Program-made: the position numbers and the translations under genes
Notes under the pieces: model-generated
Databases searched by the model: none
What the model saw: only the letters and a program-made list of their open reading frames with translations
What the model was told of the DNA's origin: nothing
IMG/VR virus record: IMGVR_UViG_3300036770_004568
Coordinates: 1 to 64,000 of that record
Reading direction: 5' to 3' (one strand)
Origin: a virus
Length of the DNA: 64,000 bases
In this document: piece by piece, positions 58,101-64,000 of the stretch
Layout: each line of letters opens with the position of its first letter
Numbering within the stretch: the first letter of the stretch is position 1

Positions 58101-60321
58101 CTGTTGTAACAACAGCCTGAGAACCAAAGTTGGGTGAGATCTTTGTGCCTGCAATCGCTGCGGCAGCATTGACATCAGCATTAACAATGACACCGGCGGC
58201 AATGGCTGTGGTAATGGAGGCACCACTGGTCAGATCACTGTTGACCGTTCCTGTGATATCTCCAGTTAGGGCAAACGTCCTAGCGCTAGACAGTGCCGTG
58301 GCGGATGTGGCATTGCCACTCAACGTTCCAACGCTCAGCGTATCGGTTGAGGGATTGTAGAACAGTCGATTGGCATTGGTAACAACATAGACAGGGGACG
58401 ATCCTGCCGTATTGTTATCTGCTCCAAACAGTACGCGATAGAAGTTGTTATTGGCTGTGGTAACTTCAGTTCGATTAACGTTGCTTGCTAGTGTCGCCGT
58501 TGATGCATTACCACTTAATGCGGCAGTAATGGTTCCAGCAGCAAAGTTGCCTGATGCATCCCGAGCCACAACCTTGGAGGCCGTGTTCGTTGTCGTTGCA
58601 TCAACCGCCCAGGTTGTCGCAGCAGATCCATTGAAGTTATTTCCAGTAAGATATGCCCCTCGCGTGAGCGTCTGAGTGGTATTGGCAGTAATGGTGATAT
58701 CAGCCGTGCCATTAAACGACACGCCATTGATCAGACGTGCTGTTTGCAGTGCAGTTGCCGTTGATGCATTACCTCCCAATGAACCACTGATGGGAGAGAG
58801 GAAGGTCTTCACTCCAGCAAAGGTCTGGGTGTCTGTCGTCACTACACCCGAGTTGGTTCCAGATGCTGCGGGAATGGCGGCGCCCGTTCCAGTTGATGAG
58901 TTGATAGTGGGACCTGTGGTTGTCCCACTGCTAAAGCTCAGGTTGGTTCCAGGGACGTTAACGGTGAAAGTGGCGTTTGTTCCCTGGTTGGCTGTCCATG
59001 TCTGAGAACCAGTGGCAATCCCTGTTGCATTGAGTGTCAGAGTTGCATTGTTGACACCAATGTCAGACAAGCTCCAGGAATAGGTTGTAGAGCCATTGAC
59101 AGATCGCGTCGTGCTACCAATGGTGATATTGCGTGCCGTACCCCAAATTGCCGTTGTAATATCGGTTGAGCCATTAAAGCTTGTGCCATTAATCTCCCGA
59201 GCTGTTGCCAGGGTAACGGCCGTCTGCGCAGCTAGTTCAGCCGTGGTCCAAGTGACATTAGCGGATCCATCAACAGCTTTGGCTGTACCACCAATACTGA
59301 TCGTTCTGGATGTACCCCAGCTTAATGTTGTGATGTTTCCAGAACCATCAAAGCTGGTTCCATTGATCAGGCGCGGCGTCTGAAGCGTGGTTGCCGTGGA
59401 TGCATTCCCTACCAGTGCAGCGGTAACTGTTCCTGCAGTAAAGTTGCCAGATGCATCCCGCAGAACAATAGTACTGGGTGTGTTAGCCGCTGTTGAATTA
59501 ACACTGATGACCGGATTACCACCAACAGCTGTACCATTGACAACACTAATCCCGTCCCCGCTAACTGTTATCTCACGAGTGATGATGGTGTCTGCAGCAC
59601 TGCGAACAATCAGACCCGTGGTCGCTAGGTTGTGAAACGCAGAAGCCTGTCCCGTTAGGCTCAGCGTCCAGGCACGACTTGCTGACAGATCCAGTCCTGT
59701 CGCACCGCCGCTCAATCCATTGGTGGTGGTGATACCAAGGGTGCGCGCAGTTGGCACCATGGTTCCAGCCACAAGACTGGTCGTACCATCTGCAATAATC
59801 AGTCTGCGGTTACCGCTTAGACTTTCTGTATTGACATCAACGTAGTAGTTGTTATTAGAGTTATAGATCCGCAGTCCATTAGCTGATGCTCGGATCTGAA
59901 CGACTCCAGCCGTATTAAAGATGAGCGAGCCCGTGCCACTTGGTGCAACAGTAATGTTTTGATTGGTTCCGCCCGCACTCAGAGAGATCGGACCCGAAGA
60001 GATAATATCTCGAACTGAGAGCTGTGTGCCATCATCAATCCGAACAATACTGGCGTTGTCTAGCGTGTTACCAGTAATCCGATTGACGCGAACAACGTTG
60101 AAGTATCCTTCCTGGATTGCATTAGGACCCTGGACAAGGTAAATACCTTCCCCTTCAGCCGACAGCTGATTGTTGATGAATTGGAAAAGGGTACCAAGAT
60201 CTAGTCTCTTGTTGCGATCACCGACTTGCGGCTCATTTTGATCAACAAGCAGCAAGAGGTTGTTACTGCGAACCGCAGTAATGTCTATAAGTGGAAGATC
60301 TGATACCCTCTTGTCCGCCAT
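55168..60321 (-). CDS. long tail fibre protein with C-terminal spike module
   Basis: GNASTAT.L.T.R.INGxSFNG repeats, shaft motifs, C-terminal ~400 aa homologous to 49197/50477. Confidence 0.88.
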   Translation of the reverse strand: MADKRVSDLPLIDITAVRSNNLLLLVDQNEPQVGDRNKRLDLGTLFQFINNQLSAEGEGIYLVQGPNAIQEGYFNVVRVNRITGNTLDNASIVRIDDGTQLSVRDIISSGPISLSAGGTNQNITVAPSGTGSLIFNTAGVVQIRASANGLRIYNSNNNYYVDVNTESLSGNRRLIIADGTTSLVAGTMVPTARTLGITTTNGLSGGATGLDLSASRAWTLSLTGQASAFHNLATTGLIVRSAADTIITREITVSGDGISVVNGTAVGGNPVISVNSTAANTPSTIVLRDASGNFTAGTVTAALVGNASTATTLQTPRLINGTSFDGSGNITTLSWGTSRTISIGGTAKAVDGSANVTWTTAELAAQTAVTLATAREINGTSFNGSTDITTAIWGTARNITIGSTTRSVNGSTTYSWSLSDIGVNNATLTLNATGIATGSQTWTANQGTNATFTVNVPGTNLSFSSGTTTGPTINSSTGTGAAIPAASGTNSGVVTTDTQTFAGVKTFLSPISGSLGGNASTATALQTARLINGVSFNGTADITITANTTQTLTRGAYLTGNNFNGSAATTWAVDATTTNTASKVVARDASGNFAAGTITAALSGNASTATLASNVNRTEVTTANNNFYRVLFGADNNTAGSSPVYVVTNANRLFYNPSTDTLSVGTLSGNATSATALSSARTFALTGDITGTVNSDLTSGASITTAIAAGVIVNADVNAAAAIAGTKISPNFGSQAVVTTGTITGASLIPSSATVPTNGLFLPATNTVGISTASTERLRVDSSGRLLVGLAAAFNSHPLEVGTTSGSAIAIAQFSNNINPGLLTFSKSRGSLGVNTLVASGDDLGYIDFKGADGAAGLISGGAIFCEVDATPSTGVMPGRLIFSTTPAGSGAPVERLRITNSGSVLIGTTTNTNNSALVVNGTISETVNGVQHLVVSSADIGTAPNQIPLNGYLGSMAFQDSVAVSVGILAVTGAGTDSIPSTQITGTWFTGGSSTTTKPQLLIEPFGTTSTGWSASGTGLGINAVSGFAGRLLDAQVNGTSLLHITSSGRLSIPLGTAALPSIFPGSDTDTGIYSPGANRIGFSTSGVLASEVAADGTLVAYKDISLSDGASFTTTLQTVTATANRTISFPDASGTIALVAGASGQVTYNLGGAQSGDANFTWSSTTGLLLGRQLTVGSPAEASTPAISVTGAWFTGGSGSTTKPEVLIEPAGATSNSWSTSGTGLGINAASGFTGRLIDLQSNGTSVFNVDATGRLSIPLGTAALPSIYPGTDTNTGLYSPGGDQVALTTAGTQKFTIGSLDGNPTIENNFPTIRPTLDLAFAQTKSLDPRIAFTRASEGTYTDSQGVLRTASIDEPRFGHNPLTGECLGLLVEEQRQNLLLRSEEFDNASWVKATATVTQNATIAPDGQTTADLLIPSNLAANGALNQDLVKAASPVQYTLSCYGKAKEHSAFRLILRDPANSGNRADLIVDLTTGVTSGSFIGGTYTGLSSSVQFLRDGWVRFSITATTGSETGLRAQVVNNTTGDGTSGLFIWGAQLEAGAFPTSYIPTTGTAATRTADVASISGTNFSSWYRQDEGTVFADVASIKSGGRVFMFDDSTLNNRWELRGLSGIPTLSSWSGGVQVVGVGSGASLGDPSMTAYKAALTNQLNNAAIQVNSSAIGIDATCTMPVSQSRLFIGSFQGTSTFANGTIRRITYWPARLPNATLQALTQ

Positions 60322-60360
60322 TAAAGACTATGCGCCCCTAATGCATTATTCTACTTCAAC

Positions 60361-60828
60361 TCAACGTCGCCATTCGATATTTACCACCGGCTTAGGTGCA
60401 ATGCTCCACAGAGCTTGAACACCACTGACTGTGAGTACAGCGGCCAAAAACAAGACTCCAACTTCAGCAATTGTCAGACTCCGGCGAACCACTTGCACTT
60501 GGGGCGTTGCAGAAGGCATTACATTCTGCTGCAGATATTGAGCTACAGGATCAGCTGCAGGAGCCTCAGGTTCTGGTGCAATTGCAACTTGTTCTTGCTG
60601 TTGAGGAACAGGATACGGCATCGCAGGTTGTTGAGCCGGAATGCTGTATTGAGGAGTGGGTTGATAGTTCATCAGCTTTGACCTTTGATCCAAAATATTG
60701 TTAAACTGTTCAGAGATACCATTGGAGTAATTCACATTCTTCATGGTTTCAGGATTGGGTTGACCAGGAACACCGGGCATCTTTGGCACTTCAAAAGGCA
60801 TCTTTAGAGCGCTGTTCATCGTGAGCAC
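60361..60828 (-). CDS. Pro/Gln-rich membrane protein
   Basis: C-terminal TM. Confidence 0.65.
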   Translation of the reverse strand: MLTMNSALKMPFEVPKMPGVPGQPNPETMKNVNYSNGISEQFNNILDQRSKLMNYQPTPQYSIPAQQPAMPYPVPQQQEQVAIAPEPEAPAADPVAQYLQQNVMPSATPQVQVVRRSLTIAEVGVLFLAAVLTVSGVQALWSIAPKPVVNIEWRR

Positions 60829-60849
60829 AGATTTTTCTCAAGTATAGCA

Positions 60850-61281
60850 ATGTCAGACGGAATAGTTTCAGCCATTGACAGGCTCAGCAAAGAAGTGGCC
60901 ACACTCAATCGGACCATGCTCGCCATCTGGTCTTTGATTGACAATGAAGAAACAGCCCATGTCCCAGCAGGCATGGCTGATGAATACATCTCTATTGATG
61001 AATGTGCGCGTCGGCTAGAGATCTCAGAGCAGACCATCCGCAACTGGATTACCCAAGGCAAGAAAGGTGAGCTGGGCTGGGTCGAGGGTGTGCACTACAT
61101 CATCCTCCCCAGTGGACAGAAACGGGGATCAACCCGTTCCCGCTCGCACGTGCGTATCCCCTGGAACACGGTGATTCAAGACATGGTGATCCGTAAGCAA
61201 AACCGCAAGCTGGGTCTCAAGGACATCCAACAAGTCCTTGCCCCCCGCAATCACAGCGAGCACAAAGATCGTTTCTTCTAG
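60850..61281 (+). CDS. HTH DNA-binding protein (excisionase/MerR-like)
   Basis: ISIDECARRLEISEQTIRNWI..G..W.EGVHY. Confidence 0.75.
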   Translation: MSDGIVSAIDRLSKEVATLNRTMLAIWSLIDNEETAHVPAGMADEYISIDECARRLEISEQTIRNWITQGKKGELGWVEGVHYIILPSGQKRGSTRSRSHVRIPWNTVIQDMVIRKQNRKLGLKDIQQVLAPRNHSEHKDRFF

Positions 61282-61286
61282 ACGGC

Positions 61287-61754
61287 ATGAACCGATTCAA
61301 AGACGTTGATATCAATAAGGTCACACTCAAGAACTATGAGTCCCTGTTGCCTGATTCCTTGATCAAACAGGTCAAGCCCTTTCTGCCGCCTGAGGGTTCC
61401 TTCAAGCTCGCCAATCTCAGACGCTACTTGCGTCTCTGCGAAGCCTATGAACAAGAAGACCCCTACGCTCACTTGAGCATGGCAAATCAAATCCGCATGG
61501 CCTATCGCTCCATGGAGCCTGCAACGCTGTGTACCAAGTTTGATCGAGCTGACATTGAGACCCGTCGCCGTTTGCGCTGCGTTGCTGAATACTTGATTCG
61601 TCAAGATGAGTTTGTGAAACTCAAGGATGAGAATGATAAGCTGGTTAAACAAAAGAGCCTCAACGGCAAGCTGGTGGTCGTCTATCAACCTCTCCCCAAG
61701 ATGTTGGATGTCCTCCGCAAGCAAGGTATTGACATTCCCGAGGAGATTCCATGA
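61287..61754 (+). CDS. hypothetical protein
   Basis: 155-aa ORF in operon. Confidence 0.75.
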   Translation: MNRFKDVDINKVTLKNYESLLPDSLIKQVKPFLPPEGSFKLANLRRYLRLCEAYEQEDPYAHLSMANQIRMAYRSMEPATLCTKFDRADIETRRRLRCVAEYLIRQDEFVKLKDENDKLVKQKSLNGKLVVVYQPLPKMLDVLRKQGIDIPEEIP

Positions 61755-62140
61755 GCTCACGACGTGAAAAACTGATTGCATCTGTTCTCAATCAAGGCTC
61801 AACCGAGCAATCGGAAAAGTCTCTTGATACGGTTGTCAAGCTGGTTCTTGGGGATATGGGTCGCTTCTTCTATGAGTTCCACAAGGTCGATGGACCTGGA
61901 ACGATGGTCATGCAGCCCAAGAGTGAAGATGCCTCGATGTTCTACATGCCTGTAGCGGCGCTCCATGATTGGCGTGAAGACTGTCCCGATGCCGCCAAAG
62001 ACATTCAACGCATCATTGAAGCTTGCATCAAAGTCGATCCTGAGGAGCAAGCGGCCTATCTGATTGTGGATGAAGATGGATTCCGCTTCTCGATTGTCGA
62101 TTACAACAAGACTGCTGAATCCAGTGTGAGTGAGAGCTGA
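61751..62140 (+). CDS. hypothetical protein
   Basis: Coupled 129-aa ORF. Confidence 0.75.
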   Translation: MSSRREKLIASVLNQGSTEQSEKSLDTVVKLVLGDMGRFFYEFHKVDGPGTMVMQPKSEDASMFYMPVAALHDWREDCPDAAKDIQRIIEACIKVDPEEQAAYLIVDEDGFRFSIVDYNKTAESSVSES

Positions 62141-62727
62141 TGCCAAGGGTTCGATCCACCCACAACCAAATCTTTGAGTTCATCACTCCGCAGCTCATCC
62201 TCGATGCGGTGTATGCCGTGCTGGGAGAGATTGACTTGGACCCCTTGAGTTCTGATCTCGCTCAAGAGTATGTCCATGCCAACCACTATCTCACCCCGCA
62301 AGATGATGGCTTTAACACGGAGAGTCCATGGGAGGGCAGGGTCTACTGTTTTCCACCAACTGGTCTGTGGACCCATGACAAACGAACCGATAAGTTCCGC
62401 CTGGCCCATGCCTACTCCATCACCTGTCTGAGTGGACCTGTACTGGCCTTCCAGAAGATGTTGTATTACTACTGCCATGGGCATATCCGCCATGGCCTGA
62501 TGTATGCCAACAACCTGGAATTGATTCGCATGGATCAACGCACCTTGGACTTTCCCGTGTGTATCCCATCTTTTCGTCCCAGGTTGCTCCGTTATGACGG
62601 CGAGACCGTGGAGCTCAAAGACAGTGAAGCCGGGGTCTTTGTGTACTTTCCTGATGTGGATAAGCCCACGGAATCCATTGAGGAGTTCGCCAAGATCTTT
62701 GATAGATTTGGTCGTATACTCGCCTAA
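62140..62727 (+). CDS. phage N6-adenine DNA methyltransferase-like protein with degenerate motif IV
   Basis: TP..I.....LGEIDLDP.SS..A......T..DDG...W.GRVYCFPP (NPPY replaced by FPPT). Confidence 0.7.
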   Translation: MPRVRSTHNQIFEFITPQLILDAVYAVLGEIDLDPLSSDLAQEYVHANHYLTPQDDGFNTESPWEGRVYCFPPTGLWTHDKRTDKFRLAHAYSITCLSGPVLAFQKMLYYYCHGHIRHGLMYANNLELIRMDQRTLDFPVCIPSFRPRLLRYDGETVELKDSEAGVFVYFPDVDKPTESIEEFAKIFDRFGRILA

Positions 62728-63410
62728 TGTCAATGATTCTCAAAGATCCTGCTGTCCTTGAGACGGAAGACCTGAGCTGCTACCACAAGCTCAGCGAATA
62801 TGGTCTGTTGTCCGACTACGACATCATGCAGTGTGAGGGGATGATTGAACCCTTCACGGATCGCATCGTCCGTGAGATTGAAGGTCGTAAGATCCTTTCC
62901 TATGGACTGGGATCATATGGCTATGACGTACGTCTCTCAGGTGCCGAGTTCTTCATCTACAACAATGCATCTGAGATCTATGGTCCTGATACCCATAGCA
63001 TTGACTGCATTGACCCCAAAGCTTTTGACAAGGCTAAATATCTCAAACCCGCCGAGAAACATTGCGACGATCAAGGCAATGTCTACTTCCTGATTCCTCC
63101 CTACCGCTATGCCATGGCTGTGGTTGAGGAATGTCTGAACATGCCCAGTGATGTCACCGCCATTGGCTTTGGGAAGTCCAGCTATGCACGGGTTGGTGTC
63201 AACACCCACATCACCCCAATTGAAGCCGGATGGAAAGGCCATCTCACCGTAGCCATGTCCAACTCCACAGGCTTCCCGGCCAAGGTGTATGTGGATGAGG
63301 GACTGGCTCAGATTCTGTTCTTCCGTTCCGTCGAGTGCCGCACCAGCTACGAGGACCGCAGCGGTAAGTACCAGAACCAGGGCAAAACCGTGACCACCGC
63401 CAAGGTCTGA
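62727..63410 (+). CDS. dcd: dCTP deaminase
   Basis: MIEPF, SYGLGSYGYDVRL, GKSSYAR, TPIEAGWKG, EGLAQ, Y..R.GKYQ.Q. Confidence 0.95.
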   Translation: MSMILKDPAVLETEDLSCYHKLSEYGLLSDYDIMQCEGMIEPFTDRIVREIEGRKILSYGLGSYGYDVRLSGAEFFIYNNASEIYGPDTHSIDCIDPKAFDKAKYLKPAEKHCDDQGNVYFLIPPYRYAMAVVEECLNMPSDVTAIGFGKSSYARVGVNTHITPIEAGWKGHLTVAMSNSTGFPAKVYVDEGLAQILFFRSVECRTSYEDRSGKYQNQGKTVTTAKV

Positions 63411-63791
63411 TCAATACTGGGCAATGGCTTCAGCAGCACTGCCTTCATTGCCCTCACGCATCACCCGATCTGCCATGGCCGCTTGTCGCCGTCCGAATGA
63501 GCGGCCATCAGATCGACCTTGGGACCACTGGTACCGGCTGGCTGCACGCACAGCACTACGACGGGTTTGATTGCGGATGGCCCGACTGGCTTGCTGTTCA
63601 TCCGGTGCACCAAACCCTCCTTCGGTTTCACTCCAACGGCGATCCACAGACTGAGCATAACCTGGTTCGCGGTCGCTCCATTCACCTACGGATGTCCTGG
63701 GACCTTCATTACCGTAGCGTTTGTAGATATCACTATCAACACCAAAGTTACCCCTAAAGGCTCTTGCACTACCAACCTTTGACCTAAACAT
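63411..63791 (-). CDS. Arg/Gly-rich hypothetical protein
   Basis: 126-aa ORF converging on dcd. Confidence 0.6.
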   Translation of the reverse strand: MFRSKVGSARAFRGNFGVDSDIYKRYGNEGPRTSVGEWSDREPGYAQSVDRRWSETEGGFGAPDEQQASRAIRNQTRRSAVRAASRYQWSQGRSDGRSFGRRQAAMADRVMREGNEGSAAEAIAQY

Positions 63792-63801
63792 AATCCATCA
63801 C

Positions 63802-64000
63802 TCAATAAAAGAAGTCAAAGGGTTCATCGTTATCACCATGGCAGATCTCTTCAAGATCATCCATGCTTTCATCACTTGGTGCATCAAAGCTGATTTGAAT
63901 ATTGTTCTCCTTCAGCACTGCAGCCAGGGCCTTGCGTTCCATGATCTGCTGCCAGACCAAGCGCAAATGGACTTGTTCTAATTCATCGCGACTCAAGTTC
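63802..64000 (-). CDS. hypothetical protein, 5'-truncated by the window edge
   Basis: Open frame to the end of the window. Confidence 0.55.
   Translation of the reverse strand, partial: NLSRDELEQVHLRLVWQQIMERKALAAVLKENNIQISFDAPSDESMDDLEEICHGDNDEPFDFFY

Noticed and set aside
28182-60321. Invertase-driven shufflon
   Set aside because: No serine or tyrosine recombinase in the window, and the joints are several different sequences rather than one short crossover site

Overview
This window is 64 kb of a large, non-T4-like cyanophage (Synechococcus/Cyanobium-type host) using the standard genetic code. It encodes nucleotide metabolism (dNMP kinase, ThyX, class I RNR NrdA/NrdB, dCTP deaminase) and replication proteins (UvrD/PcrA helicase, PD-(D/E)XK exonuclease, Prim-Pol/D5-type primase-helicase). 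It also carries host-like genes (psbA, a cyanobacterial AbrB-like regulator, a Dps-like protein, a HicA-like protein), glycosyltransferases and two endolysins. RNA genes comprise five normal tRNAs and one aberrant tRNA-like gene. Two oppositely oriented clusters of fibre/spike genes are built from variable modules joined at near-identical DNA segments. Selfish elements: a 208-nt group I intron in psbA next to a free-standing Endo VII-type homing endonuclease, a class 3 (Ala1, WCT) intein in the helicase P-loop, an HNH gene fused to a duplicated exonuclease 3' end, and a TnpB-only IS200/IS605 element with a predicted ACAC TAM, inserted at the exact midpoint of a 16-bp inverted repeat beside a palindromic origin/terminus-like non-coding region. 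Best candidates for something new: the fibre-module shuffling architecture, the tRNA-like RNA with a 15-nt anticodon loop, and the palindromic region with its two flanking catalytically degenerate His-Cys nuclease paralogs. All calls come from reading the sequence by eye; no searches were run.
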